Shown: positions 39,135 through 49,734 of the stretch, in pieces
Layout of the letters: each line of letters starts with the position of its first letter
Position numbering within the stretch: the first letter of the stretch is position 1
Assembly: GCA_963699155.1 (NCBI GenBank)
Contig: OY969414.1
Coordinates: 64,001 to 128,000 of the forward strand
Length of the DNA stretch: 64,000 nt
Direction of reading: 5' to 3'
Source: an uncultured Chlamydiales bacterium
GTDB lineage: Bacteria; Chlamydiota; Chlamydiia; Chlamydiales; JAAKFR01
Notes under the pieces: model-generated
Seen by the model: only the letters and a program-made list of their open reading frames with translations
What the model was told of the DNA's origin: nothing
Database searches by the model: none
Program-made: the position numbers and the translations under genes

Positions 39135-40567
39135 TACTTCTCATAACCAGGTGGCGCCTTGCCGTTGTAGTCGATGCCCTCGAGGATGAGGGCAAATTTC
39201 ACCGGAACCTCACCCGTGGAATAGAGGGGATAACTGCCTTTAAACTGGACTGTGCGGAAGTAGGGAGTGAGAGCCTTGGTGTAATGTTCGATGTACCAGG
39301 GAGCATGTTCTAGGGGCTTATTTTCGATAACGACAAAGAAGCCTCGATGACCAATTTCGCGATCTTCCATCTGTGGCCAATAGGAAAACTGGGTTTTGCG
39401 GGATCTGCTGATGTTAAAGTAGTAGGCCCGTTTTTGCTCAGGCGCATAAAAGCTCAGGATGCTCACATTTTGGTATTTGTCGGAGAAGAGGAAATCATTA
39501 TCAGGCTGATAACCTGCTTGGGTGAGTGCAGGAGCCAGGTTTTGCCATCCCAGGGATTGTCGGAAGGGGTTGGCAGAATAGGGCAAGGGAAGCCAAGGGA
39601 TCATGAAGGCAATGAGGATCATCAAAAGAGAGAGAGCCGTTCCAATATAGAGCCATAGGGCGCCCTTCTTCAGCTGTTCTAAAGAGAGCCAAGGCACTAA
39701 TGTCAGCCCGATGGGATAGAGATAAGCTGCCCAATTGGGTTGCATCCTTTTGGCAAAGCTCAGCACCAGATAAACCAGCACGAGAGCAGGAAAGGCGGCG
39801 ATAACCCAGAGTGAGGGCTTTTTTCGGATATAAAAATAGCTTATTACCAGTAGTACAAAGTAGATGGGTGACAATAGCCCGATCTGTGCGATCAGAAATT
39901 CCCCAAAGTTTCCCGCTTTGACAGAGGCAACTGCTGTTGTGACATGTTTGAAGGTAGCCCACTCATGGGCCTGGTTCCAATATAAGCTGGGCAGAAGGGC
40001 AAGTAGAGAGAGAGCGATGCCACCCACAATCTTCCACTGACGTAGCGGCTTAAATATAAACAGTAATGGAAGAATAATCGGCCAAAAAAGAAAGGCAGTC
40101 CACTTAAATAATGCCCCTAGAAGAATACAAAGGCCTGCTAACAGATAGTAGGGCCCTCTCATCACAGCCCAAGCGGCCAGAGTCATAAAGAGAATAGCTC
40201 CCCCATCGGTCGTCGCCGCAAAGGAAAGATAGAAACCCAATGGCGAAAGCACCATCACGACACCCGCCCATAGGGCTGTTTTCTTCTGCACCCCTACAGC
40301 CATAGCTAGCTGATAGACCGCAACGCTGAGAAAAAACCCGATCAGCAGCGCCCCCACCCGCACCCCAAAAGGATGATTCCCAAAAAGTGCTGTTGTCAGC
40401 CATATCTGCCAGGCAATGCCCGGCGGCTTGGAATAGTAGCCCCAGTCGAGCTCCTGGCTCCAGCTCCAGTACTGCGCCTCATCCGGCGACAACCCAATGG
40501 TCCCCTCCCCTATCACCACCCCCAGCAGAATCGCTTTTATCAACAAAATAGCCCACAGCCAGCGCAT
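39131..40567 (-). CDS. GT-C fold glycosyltransferase (ArnT/PMT-like, GT39/GT83)
   Basis: PDEAQYW..LDWGYYSKPPG motif; multiple TM segments. Confidence 0.85.
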   Translation of the reverse strand: MRWLWAILLIKAILLGVVIGEGTIGLSPDEAQYWSWSQELDWGYYSKPPGIAWQIWLTTALFGNHPFGVRVGALLIGFFLSVAVYQLAMAVGVQKKTALWAGVVMVLSPLGFYLSFAATTDGGAILFMTLAAWAVMRGPYYLLAGLCILLGALFKWTAFLFWPIILPLLFIFKPLRQWKIVGGIALSLLALLPSLYWNQAHEWATFKHVTTAVASVKAGNFGEFLIAQIGLLSPIYFVLLVISYFYIRKKPSLWVIAAFPALVLVYLVLSFAKRMQPNWAAYLYPIGLTLVPWLSLEQLKKGALWLYIGTALSLLMILIAFMIPWLPLPYSANPFRQSLGWQNLAPALTQAGYQPDNDFLFSDKYQNVSILSFYAPEQKRAYYFNISRSRKTQFSYWPQMEDREIGHRGFFVVIENKPLEHAPWYIEHYTKALTPYFRTVQFKGSYPLYSTGEVPVKFALILEGIDYNGKAPPGYEKY

Positions 40568-40651
40568 AGAGAGCAGTATAGTCCAGCCATTTTAAGAAAA
40601 ATAGTTCAAAAAAAATGGCTTGTGTTACACTCTGTGTCACGAGGTCTCCCC

Positions 40652-40903
40652 ATGAGTTATGTATCGTTTAGAACCCGCCCAAAAGATGAAAAGAATCTGA
40701 AGAAATTGTGTAAAGAATTCAAGATCAACAGATCCGAAGCTTTACGATTTGCTATTGAAACGGCTGTCTCTGTTTTAGAGAAAAAAAAGAAGAGCAAACT
40801 TGCGTCGTTCATTGGCAGCTTCGAAGGTCCTGAAGATTTAAGCAGCAATAGCCGATCCATTCTTAAACAGAAATTGCTAATTTCCAATGAACGAGCTGAA
40901 TAG
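40652..40903 (+). CDS. Ribbon-helix-helix (CopG-type) antitoxin-like protein
   Basis: MSYVSFR..LKKLCKEFKINRSEALRFAI and IGSFEGPEDLSSN tail; GAGG RBS. Confidence 0.7.
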   Translation: MSYVSFRTRPKDEKNLKKLCKEFKINRSEALRFAIETAVSVLEKKKKSKLASFIGSFEGPEDLSSNSRSILKQKLLISNERAE

Positions 40904-40966
40904 TGTCCTTTCTAAAATGGGGTAGCAATCGCCCATTTATCAATATTACATTGGGGCGATAAGGGT

Positions 40967-41728
40967 CTATTCTCTATCGGGGAGGGAGAAGAGGTCGCGG
41001 AAGGATTGGAGGGTGACGTCGCGGTCCATGACGGCGATGCTGTCGGTGAGAGGGATGTTTTTGGGGCAGACCTCGACGCAGTTTTGGGCGTTGCCGCAGT
41101 CGCTGACACCTCCCTCTTGCATGAGGGGGCGGAGTCGGAGCGAGCGCTGCTGCTTGCCGGTGGGATTGGCGTTGAAGAGGCGGGCTTGAGAGATAGCTGC
41201 GGGGCCAATGAACTTCGAGCGTGAGTTCATTTGCGGACAGGCTTCGCTGCAGCAGCCGCAGGTCATGCAGGTGGAGAGTGAATACATTACCTCTTGCTTT
41301 TTAGGCGAGATGAGGGGGCCATAGCCCTTTTCTTGCGATCCATCGACGTCAATCCAGCCATGAATCAACTTCAAATTCTCAAACATGATGGAGCGGTCGA
41401 CGATGAGATCGCGGACTAGGGGAAATTTGGTGAAAGGGGCGAGGGTAATGACATTGGTTTTGGTCTGCTTGAGGTAATTCTCGATGAGTGCGGTGCAGGC
41501 CTGGCGTGGAAAACCATTGATGAGCATCGAGCATGAGCCGCACACCTCTTCTAGACAGCCCTGCTCCCAGACAATGGGGACGACCTTCTCACCTTGTATG
41601 TTGATGGGATTTTTTTGGATCTCCATGAGTCCACTAATTACATTTTCACCCTTGCGTAAGGGCAACTCAAACTCTTCCCAATATTGCCTTCCAGGTGTTC
41701 CTCGATAGATTTTCAAGCGGTAATTCAT
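40967..41728 (-). CDS. sdhB: Succinate dehydrogenase iron-sulfur subunit
   Basis: CLEEVCGSC, CMTCGCCSEAC and CGNAQNCVEVC clusters. Confidence 0.95.
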   Translation of the reverse strand: MNYRLKIYRGTPGRQYWEEFELPLRKGENVISGLMEIQKNPINIQGEKVVPIVWEQGCLEEVCGSCSMLINGFPRQACTALIENYLKQTKTNVITLAPFTKFPLVRDLIVDRSIMFENLKLIHGWIDVDGSQEKGYGPLISPKKQEVMYSLSTCMTCGCCSEACPQMNSRSKFIGPAAISQARLFNANPTGKQQRSLRLRPLMQEGGVSDCGNAQNCVEVCPKNIPLTDSIAVMDRDVTLQSFRDLFSLPDRE

Positions 41729-41735
41729 GGCATCC

Positions 41736-43622
41736 TTAAATGGGGAGTTGAATTTTTTCAGGGACATTTTTGAGCTGGGGACGCACTTTTTTTGCGACCC
41801 TATAATCTCTCTTTTCAGGCTCCAAATGGCGGATGTCGACCGGCTGGTAGGAGATATAGGGCTCCTCTTTTTCATAGGCAGCGATCGTCGTTTTCAACCA
41901 GTGCTCATCATCCCTCTCTGGAAACTCAGGTTTGAAATGGGATCCGCGAAATTCATTACGTAGCAATGCCCCTTTGGTGATCACGAGGGCCACCTCCAGC
42001 ATCGGCCCAAATTGCAAACCAAACTGGAGCGGCTGGTTGGCGAAAGGGCCCTTATCGGGAAGCGAAATCCGCTGAAAACGCTCTCTCAGCTCTTTGATCT
42101 TCTCTATGGTCTTCTCGAGATCACTATTGTTGCGCTTCACAGTCACATGTTGGACCATGGCAGCCGACAGCTCTTCGTGGAGCTGATAGAGATTTTCAGG
42201 GCCATCTCGTTTGAGCAATCGCTCTTTTTCCTCCTCTTCCAGCTGTAGGGCACTCAGGTAGAGGCTTGGAGAGAGGGAGTCATAGCTAGTGGAAAGGTTT
42301 TCCACATAACGCACCGCTTCATCTCCAGCGACAAGCCCTCCAAAGATGCAGGAGAGCAGGGAATTGGCTCCCAACCGATTGGCACCATGAAACTGGTAAT
42401 CTGCTTCTCCACAATTGAAGCAGCCAGGGAGGTTGGTCATTTGTCGGTAGCGGGCCCAGCGGTCAGAATCGTCTGCAGCAGGCCAATCGACCCACGCGCC
42501 TCCCATGGAATAGTGGACCGCAGGGAAGATCTTCATGGGTACTTTTCGAGGATCATCTCCAGTAAACTTTTGGTAGATATCCAATACTGCCTCGAGTTTT
42601 CTCTTTTTCTCCTCGGGGAGCTCGGTAATATCGAGATAGACCTGCTGCTCTCCATCGACGCCGAGGCCCAGCTCACACACCTGTAAAACGACACGTGCCC
42701 CCACATCGCGACCCACAAGGTTACCATAAGCTGGGAAAAGTTCTTCGAGAAAATACCAGGGTTTTCCCGTTTCGCCACACGGCACCGTTCTGCCATCCAA
42801 TGTGGTGATCGTTTTGCTAGAGTCTCCCCAGACCCAGATCCTGCCGCCTTCACCCCGCACCGATTCGGAGATCAGACGCAGCTTATCCTGTCCTGGGATC
42901 GCTGTGGGATGAATCTGGATGAATTCCCCATTGGCATACCAGACACCCTGCTGATAGAGACGACCGTTGGCAGCCCCTGTGCAAAAGGTAGAATTGGTCG
43001 ATTTTTTAAAAATGAGCCCAGGACCACCTGTCGCAAAGATGGCGGCATCCCCTTTCAGCACCTCCATCCTCTGATTGAAGAGATTCATCACCACCACACC
43101 CCGGACATTTCCTTTGTCATCCTTGACGAGGCGTAAAAATTCATGACACTCATACTTTTTGACACGCCCAGCAACTTCATGGCGACGTACCTGTTCATCC
43201 AGGGTATAAAGAAGTTGCTGCCCCGTTGAAGCGCCACAAAAAACAGTGCGATTGTAGAGCGTACCGCCAAATCTGCGGACATCGAGATGGCCTGTAGGTG
43301 TGCGGTTAAAGGGGCAGCCGAAGCGATCCATCATCTGGATGATGCCAGGGGCGGCCAGACACATCTCGAGCACGGGAGGCTGATTGGCCAAAAAATCGCC
43401 TCCTTTGAGCGTATCGTAGGCATGCAGAAGAGGGGAATCATCCTCTCCCTTCATATTTAAGGCCGCATTGATCCCTCCTTGGGCACAGACCGAATGGGAT
43501 CGTTTGACAGGAGTGACAGAGACGAGTGAGACCTTGCATCCCTTCTCAGCCAACCGCATCGCCGCAGAAAGCCCTGCAAGACCACCTCCGACAACCACCA
43601 CCTCTTTCATTTTTTTTGCCAT
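41736..43622 (-). CDS. sdhA: Succinate dehydrogenase flavoprotein subunit
   Basis: GGGLAG, RSHSVCAQGG, HPT, HYSMGG and HGANRLGANSL motifs. Confidence 0.96.
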   Translation of the reverse strand: MAKKMKEVVVVGGGLAGLSAAMRLAEKGCKVSLVSVTPVKRSHSVCAQGGINAALNMKGEDDSPLLHAYDTLKGGDFLANQPPVLEMCLAAPGIIQMMDRFGCPFNRTPTGHLDVRRFGGTLYNRTVFCGASTGQQLLYTLDEQVRRHEVAGRVKKYECHEFLRLVKDDKGNVRGVVVMNLFNQRMEVLKGDAAIFATGGPGLIFKKSTNSTFCTGAANGRLYQQGVWYANGEFIQIHPTAIPGQDKLRLISESVRGEGGRIWVWGDSSKTITTLDGRTVPCGETGKPWYFLEELFPAYGNLVGRDVGARVVLQVCELGLGVDGEQQVYLDITELPEEKKRKLEAVLDIYQKFTGDDPRKVPMKIFPAVHYSMGGAWVDWPAADDSDRWARYRQMTNLPGCFNCGEADYQFHGANRLGANSLLSCIFGGLVAGDEAVRYVENLSTSYDSLSPSLYLSALQLEEEEKERLLKRDGPENLYQLHEELSAAMVQHVTVKRNNSDLEKTIEKIKELRERFQRISLPDKGPFANQPLQFGLQFGPMLEVALVITKGALLRNEFRGSHFKPEFPERDDEHWLKTTIAAYEKEEPYISYQPVDIRHLEPEKRDYRVAKKVRPQLKNVPEKIQLPI

Positions 43623-43625
43623 ACT

Positions 43626-44468
43626 TTAACTCTGGAATTGTGTCACCCAATAGGTTCCCCAGATGGCCATCAGCCCCAAAAAGAGAAGAATTCCCATCAG
43701 TACAGAAGTAATCATCCTCATTACCCGCTGTGATCTACGTGTCAAAGTAATTCCCCATTTGATCATGAAGGTCCAGATTCCATTAAATCCGTGGAAGACA
43801 GCAGCCAAGACAAAGATCGAATAGAGAAGCACCATGAGAGGACTTTTAAATGCTTCTCGCACCACCAGAAAAAAGGCCGATCCGATGGTCGGAGCTAGGG
43901 CAATCTTTTCTCCCTTCTCATTGATCTCTAAACTTGCTTTCAGCTTGTGGACCGTCTTTTCCAGTCCGGGATCTTCCCTCACACGGATCGCATAGAAAAG
44001 CTGATCTCCTTTTTCCACATGATGCGGATATTCCAGAAAGCGCATATGGACCACATGGGCGATAATACCCACTAACAAAATCCATGAGGTGATTCTCTGC
44101 CAGCTGAAGGCATGGTTTCTCTTGTATTGCGGCAATGCCGGTTTCGAGCCATTTGTGGAATGGGCATTCAACTTCGCCCTCCATGCATATTGGATTCCCC
44201 AAATCCCATGAATCAAGAAGGGGAGCCCCAGAAAGAGAATCTCGATCACCCTCAAATAGGGCAGATTATTGATCTTATCGACCGCAGCAATAAAGGCCGC
44301 ACCCTGATCTTCAAAAAAGAAAGCCGCTTGCGAATTGACAAAGAGATGCTCGCAGAGATAGAGGACAAGCCAAAAGCCAAGCAATGAGTGCAGTCGCCTC
44401 AAAATAAATGGCTTTGGGATCTTTACCTCATCACTTTCAAAATGCTTTTCATGGAGAGGTGTCGCCAT
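43626..44468 (-). CDS. sdhC: Succinate dehydrogenase cytochrome b558 subunit
   Basis: RRLHSLLG, WQRIT and FHGFNG heme-ligand motifs; upstream of sdhA. Confidence 0.9.
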   Translation of the reverse strand: MATPLHEKHFESDEVKIPKPFILRRLHSLLGFWLVLYLCEHLFVNSQAAFFFEDQGAAFIAAVDKINNLPYLRVIEILFLGLPFLIHGIWGIQYAWRAKLNAHSTNGSKPALPQYKRNHAFSWQRITSWILLVGIIAHVVHMRFLEYPHHVEKGDQLFYAIRVREDPGLEKTVHKLKASLEINEKGEKIALAPTIGSAFFLVVREAFKSPLMVLLYSIFVLAAVFHGFNGIWTFMIKWGITLTRRSQRVMRMITSVLMGILLFLGLMAIWGTYWVTQFQS

Positions 44469-44542
44469 TAAGTTGCAAAGTAGCAACTTAATTCAGCTTT
44501 GACAATAAAAAATTAAACGCAAAGACACGAAGTCTGCGTCAA

Positions 44543-44646
44543 GATTCAACGCAAAGACGCCAAGACGCAGAGTCGCAAAGAAATAGGAGCGCTTCGCGTA
44601 CCCTCCCTCTTTGTGTCTCTGCGTCTTGGCGTCTTTGCGTTGAATC
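44543..44646. repeat. REP-like palindrome family A, copy 3 (reverse orientation), with an extra arm at about 44515
   Basis: Loop reads gcgcttcgcgtaccc, the reverse complement of the family loop. Confidence 0.88.
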
Positions 44647-44666
44647 TCTCAGAAACACTTTTGTTT

Positions 44667-45428
44667 TTAAGTCAGTCGGAAAAAGCGCTTAGCATTAGCT
44701 GTAGTAGTCGAAGCAAGCTCTTCAATGGGAATGGCGCGTAAGCGCGCGAGGAAGCGGGCAGTTTCGATGAGGTAGGCGGGTTCATTGGTTTTGCCGCGGT
44801 AGGGATCGGGGGCGAGGTAGGGGGCGTCGGTTTCGATGAGGAGGTTGGTGAGTGGGATAGATTGGGCCACCTGTTGGAGTTCACGGCTCTTTTTGAAGGT
44901 GACGATGCCACTGAAGGAGATGTACCAGCCACGCTTTACTAATTGTTCAGCATCTTGTTGAGTGCCTGTGAAACAGTGAAGGACACCAGGAAAGTTGTCG
45001 TACCCATCTAAAATTTGGAGGAAATCGGGAAAGGCGTCGCGGCAGTGAATGATGATGGGAAGGTTGCACTCTCTGGCTAATTGAAAATAGCGGTGTAGAA
45101 AAAGCTTTTGAATTTCTTTCGTACCTGAATGGTGATAATAATCTAAGCCAGTTTCACCGATGGCAATCAGAGAGCCCCTTTTGGCGGCCTCTTCCATGAG
45201 GGGAAAAGCCGTTTCTCCTTCTTGAGCGACATCGTGGGGGGTTGTGGCTGCGGCCGTGAAGATCCAAGAATGTTGTTTAGCGAGTTCAAGACCGCGTTGG
45301 AGCTCTTGAGGATCGGTGCAGATATTGACAATCGCATCGACACCGGATTCTTGGGCTCTTTTTAAGAGAGAAGGTCTCTGTTCCCATAACGAGGCATGTG
45401 TTAAGTGAGCATGCGAATCAATCAGCAT
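44667..45428 (-). CDS. tatD: TatD family deoxyribonuclease
   Basis: DSHAH, IGETGLDY, IHCR, LHCF and ETDAPYL motifs. Confidence 0.93.
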   Translation of the reverse strand: MLIDSHAHLTHASLWEQRPSLLKRAQESGVDAIVNICTDPQELQRGLELAKQHSWIFTAAATTPHDVAQEGETAFPLMEEAAKRGSLIAIGETGLDYYHHSGTKEIQKLFLHRYFQLARECNLPIIIHCRDAFPDFLQILDGYDNFPGVLHCFTGTQQDAEQLVKRGWYISFSGIVTFKKSRELQQVAQSIPLTNLLIETDAPYLAPDPYRGKTNEPAYLIETARFLARLRAIPIEELASTTTANAKRFFRLT

Positions 45429-47616
45429 AGACTGTTGTCGCACTGCTCTTCAGCTTGGAGAGGTAATCGTGGATCACATTGGCAGTCAAAGTCTGAGGAA
45501 GAATATAGGGAGGATCTTGCAGATTGCCCGGATAGAGAACGTAGACAGGAACACCTGTACGGCCCAATTTTTCGAGCTGCTCTGTGATCACAGGATCTTT
45601 CTTCGTCCAATCTGCCTCCATCGTCACAACCCCTTTCTCGTGAAAGGCCTTCTGGACCTCGGAAGAGTGGAGCGCCACTTTATTGGCCTGGCAGATGAGA
45701 CACCATTTGGCCGTAAAATCGACAAAGACAGGGACGCCTCTCTTTTGCAATTCGGCGATCCGCTCTGGAGAAAAGCTTTCCCATCCGCCTTTGTCAGCGA
45801 CCAGTTCAGCACCATTGCCGCCACTCATCAGATGGTGCTGCTTTGCGGTCATGACCGCTGAGCCACCCCCGACAAAGACAATGAGAGCAGCCAAAGCTGT
45901 GGCGATCCAGCGGCTCACTTTAGGGCGATTGAAAGCTCCCCATTTGCCAAAGATCCAGCCTCCAATTGCCATCACTAGTAAGGCCGCCATCAGAATGAAG
46001 GTGGCGAGATTGTCAGTCTGCGCTCCAAAGACCCAGACGAGCCAAACTACAGTCCCCATCATCAAGAAGCCCATGATCTGTTTGAAGGCGATCATCCAAT
46101 TGCCCGGCTTGGGCAAGAAGCGCACCAGCTGAGGAAAGGCGGAGAAGAGGAGATAGGGAAAGGCCATTCCCAACCCCATCGCTGTGAAGATCATCATGGT
46201 CTGAATCGGCGGCAGTGTCATCGCAAAGCCGAGGGCAGGGCCTAAAAGGGGGCCCGTGCAGGGTGTAGCGACCAGCGTAGCGAGCACACCGCTCATAAAG
46301 GAGCTCGAGAGAGGAGAAGATGTTGATGATGCAGGTGACTTGGCTCCAAGCGAGATCAGCGAAGTGCCGATTTCAAAAACACCGAAGAGGCTCAAGCCTA
46401 GCATGAAGAGGAGAGAGGCCAAAATCACGACAAAGACAGGCTCTTGCAGCTGAAATCCCCAGCCCACCCCTTCGCCATAGGCGCGCAAGATCATCAATGC
46501 ACCCGACAGAATCCAAAATGAAAGAAGCACGCCTCCAGAAAAGAGTGCTCCATGCTGCAAGATAAGGCTGCGCCTCTGCTGCGCCATCTTGACAAAACTA
46601 AAAATTTTGAGAGCAACCACAGGGAGAACGCACGGCATCACATTCAAAATGAGCCCTCCTAAAAAGGCGAAGATGGCGGCTACACCAACACTAGAAACAC
46701 CATCGACACCCCCACTAGAAGGAGTTGCAGAGATCGCGCTATCCACCGAAATCGCCTTCTTAAAGGTTTTTCCATGGTCGGAAACAAGTAACACCCCTTT
46801 CAACGCGCTCGACTCCCCTTCCGGATGAGCCCGCTTGACGCTGAGCGCCATCTCTCCATTCTTAGTGCTGAGAATCTGAGGAGCTTGATAGTCGATCACC
46901 TCATTTTGCTCAGGAATAAAGAGCGCCTCTTCGGCTCCCGCAAGGGGCTTAAATTGGAGAATATAGTGATCCGCTTGAGTGGTGACTTTCAGACTCTCCT
47001 CTTTTTCTGGAAGAGCCTTGCGGGCATCAGCGAAGAGAGCCTTCTCTTCAGCCCCTGAACGAGGTGTTTGATCAGTTATCGGAAGAGCAAGGGTGAGCGA
47101 AGCATTTCCCGGGACACACGAATCGTTACAAGCCAGCCAAGTGACATCGGCTTGGAGAGTGATTTTTTGATCGGCAGCCAGATTATTAGGCGGGGTGATC
47201 TCGGTCATCAATAAGACAGAGTCAGTATAACCGAACGCCACTAAAGAATCGGTCGTAAACTTCTCCGGATAAGGCCACATCAGGGGGCCTGCTTGAAACC
47301 CTTCAGGCAGCTTCCACTTCACTTGAGTCGCAAATCCTGAGTCTCCGGGGTTGATCCAGTAGGTATCCCACCCCTTCGCCATCTTCAGCTCAACGCCCAC
47401 CCAGAAAGGATGGCCCGGCTGGACTTCCTGCTCTTCGGCTATCAGGCGGGCTTGTACAGGTTCTTCTTGTTTTACAGCACTTTTTTCAATTTGAGTTGAC
47501 GGGGCTTGGGGAGGAGCGCTATGTAAAGGGAGTTGATGCAAGAGCAACAAGCTGCAAGCCATAACAAATGGGCGGCATAAATTTAGTAATTTCATTTTGG
47601 ATTTACTCCCAATCAT
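45418..47616 (-). CDS. dsbD: Thiol:disulfide interchange protein DsbD-like
   Basis: C..SC N-terminal domain, NVMPCVLP and ATPCTGP TM cysteines, WCLIC thioredoxin domain. Confidence 0.9.
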   Translation of the reverse strand: MIGSKSKMKLLNLCRPFVMACSLLLLHQLPLHSAPPQAPSTQIEKSAVKQEEPVQARLIAEEQEVQPGHPFWVGVELKMAKGWDTYWINPGDSGFATQVKWKLPEGFQAGPLMWPYPEKFTTDSLVAFGYTDSVLLMTEITPPNNLAADQKITLQADVTWLACNDSCVPGNASLTLALPITDQTPRSGAEEKALFADARKALPEKEESLKVTTQADHYILQFKPLAGAEEALFIPEQNEVIDYQAPQILSTKNGEMALSVKRAHPEGESSALKGVLLVSDHGKTFKKAISVDSAISATPSSGGVDGVSSVGVAAIFAFLGGLILNVMPCVLPVVALKIFSFVKMAQQRRSLILQHGALFSGGVLLSFWILSGALMILRAYGEGVGWGFQLQEPVFVVILASLLFMLGLSLFGVFEIGTSLISLGAKSPASSTSSPLSSSFMSGVLATLVATPCTGPLLGPALGFAMTLPPIQTMMIFTAMGLGMAFPYLLFSAFPQLVRFLPKPGNWMIAFKQIMGFLMMGTVVWLVWVFGAQTDNLATFILMAALLVMAIGGWIFGKWGAFNRPKVSRWIATALAALIVFVGGGSAVMTAKQHHLMSGGNGAELVADKGGWESFSPERIAELQKRGVPVFVDFTAKWCLICQANKVALHSSEVQKAFHEKGVVTMEADWTKKDPVITEQLEKLGRTGVPVYVLYPGNLQDPPYILPQTLTANVIHDYLSKLKSSATTVYAD

Positions 47617-47689
47617 TTTATGGCTATGAGTTAAAAATTATATCTGATAAATTGCACATTGTAAAGGTTTAAAAAACTTAATAGGTATT

Positions 47690-48409
47690 ATGCTTATCTT
47701 ACTGACCAATCCGATTTTGTCTGCCTATCAGGGATCTGATCTCTTTGGAAAAGTGATTTTTATCTCCCTCTTCTTCCTTTCAGTTATCACATGGGTGCTC
47801 TTTCTGCAAAAATTCTTTTTACAACGCGACATCAAACGGCGCGGCCTCCAGTTGGCCCTGGTGGTGCAAAAAAAACGGCAAAACCCCCTTGGGTTAGAGG
47901 TGGGTGAGGTGCAACACCCTTTTGCTTTCCTCTACCGCACTGTGAAAGAACAGACAATGGAACTTCTCCAGAAAAACCGCTCCGTTTTGCAAAAAAACTC
48001 AGTAACACTCTCCCATAGCGATATTTCCCTTCTAGAGGCGCAGCTGATGAGCACGATCACAAGCGAAACGAAAGTACTCGAAAAAAATCTCTTTATCCTC
48101 TCTACTGTCGTCAGTCTTGCCCCTTTTTTAGGCCTTTTGGGGACCGTGTGGGGGATTCTATTGACTTTTGCGGAGCTCCAATCGGGAGCCGCTGTCAATG
48201 CCAGTTCAACCATCATGGGGGGCCTTGCAATGGCGCTCGGAACCACTGTCATGGGCCTTTTGGTGGCTATCCCTGCTCTGATCGGCTACAACTACCTCAA
48301 AGCCTCCATCGCCCAATTTTCAGCAGATATGGAAGATTTTTCTAGCCTCTTGCTAGCCTCCGTAGAAATGCAGTACCGTCAAGTGGAAGTGAGCCATGAG
48401 AGCGCGTAG
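47690..48409 (+). CDS. tolQ: MotA/TolQ/ExbB proton channel protein
   Basis: APFLGLLGTVWG and ALGTTVMGLLVAIPA motifs. Confidence 0.88.
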   Translation: MLILLTNPILSAYQGSDLFGKVIFISLFFLSVITWVLFLQKFFLQRDIKRRGLQLALVVQKKRQNPLGLEVGEVQHPFAFLYRTVKEQTMELLQKNRSVLQKNSVTLSHSDISLLEAQLMSTITSETKVLEKNLFILSTVVSLAPFLGLLGTVWGILLTFAELQSGAAVNASSTIMGGLAMALGTTVMGLLVAIPALIGYNYLKASIAQFSADMEDFSSLLLASVEMQYRQVEVSHESA

Positions 48410-48812
48410 CAAGAGTGCCCATCTGCCTGAAGCAGAAATGAATTTAACTCCATTGATCGACGTCTGTTTCGTCGTCTTGATCATGTTTATCGTAATTGCC
48501 CCTTTGCTCGAGATAGATCGGGTCGCACTGGCCTCAGGACCTCCTCTCGATGGCACAAGTGCGATTGCAGCCCAAGAAAAAAGCCCGCTGTCGATCCAGG
48601 TCTACAGCGATGATAGCCTAGCGGTAAATAAACATCTGGTCTCGCTCGACCAGCTCAGAAAGTTCCTGATCTATGCGAAACAAAAAAATCCCAACTTACG
48701 CCCCCAACTTTTTCACGACCGCAATGCGAAATTTGGCACCTACCAATCTGTCAAAAATGCGGTCGAGGCGGCTGGTTTTTCTGAAATGGATGTGATTTTG
48801 AAACCTGAATGA
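48396..48812 (+). CDS. tolR: ExbD/TolR family protein
   Basis: NLTPLIDVCFVVLIMF motif. Confidence 0.88.
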   Translation: MRARSKSAHLPEAEMNLTPLIDVCFVVLIMFIVIAPLLEIDRVALASGPPLDGTSAIAAQEKSPLSIQVYSDDSLAVNKHLVSLDQLRKFLIYAKQKNPNLRPQLFHDRNAKFGTYQSVKNAVEAAGFSEMDVILKPE

Positions 48813-49678
48813 AAAAAATTCCTTTTTTTGTCACTCTTGTCCATCTTCTGCTTGTCTTAGGGGCCATCTATATCCAGCCCCGACAGATCAAGTTGCCACC
48901 CAAAAAATCGGTGCAGGTCAAGACCATTGTTGCAGACAGAGAGCGTCTGATCGCTCAAATCCCCAACGCACTTCCCCTCAGTCAACCTGAGCAGCCCGCT
49001 TTTGCCCCAAAAAGGCCCCTAGAACCAACTCCTGAAACGGAATCGAGAAGACCTCCTCCCACGCGAGGACCCACACTTCCCCCTCCAAGGCCTACTATCA
49101 AAAAGGAGACAGTGCCTCCATTGCAAACCAGAAGGGCTCGGCCCACACCCCAAGCGGTCGGACCTCCTCTCAGTGAAGCGCCGAAGAAAGAGTCAAAAAA
49201 TAGCTCTAAGGAAAAAGCCATCGCAAAAGCGCCGAAGAACGCATCCTCCGCTAACCACGATAAACTCATCTCGATGATGCAAAAGAGTCTCGCCACCTTA
49301 GATGGCGCCTCTTCAAAAGGTGGGGAGAAGGGAAGCCCCAAAAAAGGGGCCAAAGCTGGCAGTGCAAGAAAGGCCTCTTCCATTGGCCCTCTTGCGAGTG
49401 AATCCCTTTCATTTGAAGCCAAATATGAGGAAGAGCTGGTCTCCTATCTCGAAGCTCTGCTCTCCTTTCCTGAAGATGGCGAAGTGAAGGTCAAGCTCAC
49501 CCTCAATCGCTCAGGTAGTGTGCAGAAGGTGGAAATTGTGAAAGCGTCGAGCACAAAAAACAGAAATTACATTGAAAACTCCCTCGCCTCATGCTCCTTC
49601 CCTGCATTTGGTACCCATTTCAAGGGGGAAGCATCGCATACTTTCACGTTGAATCTTACGAGTGATAATGCGCGGTGA
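48809..49678 (+). CDS. TolA/TonB-like protein
   Basis: N-terminal TM with His, Pro/Lys-rich linker, TonB-C-like end; lies between tolR and tolB. Confidence 0.75.
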   Translation: MKKIPFFVTLVHLLLVLGAIYIQPRQIKLPPKKSVQVKTIVADRERLIAQIPNALPLSQPEQPAFAPKRPLEPTPETESRRPPPTRGPTLPPPRPTIKKETVPPLQTRRARPTPQAVGPPLSEAPKKESKNSSKEKAIAKAPKNASSANHDKLISMMQKSLATLDGASSKGGEKGSPKKGAKAGSARKASSIGPLASESLSFEAKYEEELVSYLEALLSFPEDGEVKVKLTLNRSGSVQKVEIVKASSTKNRNYIENSLASCSFPAFGTHFKGEASHTFTLNLTSDNAR

Positions 49679-49734
49679 TGGTGTGGGCGAAAATTACCTT
49701 GAATGTCGAGCCGTTTTTTGCTATCTCTTTTGGC

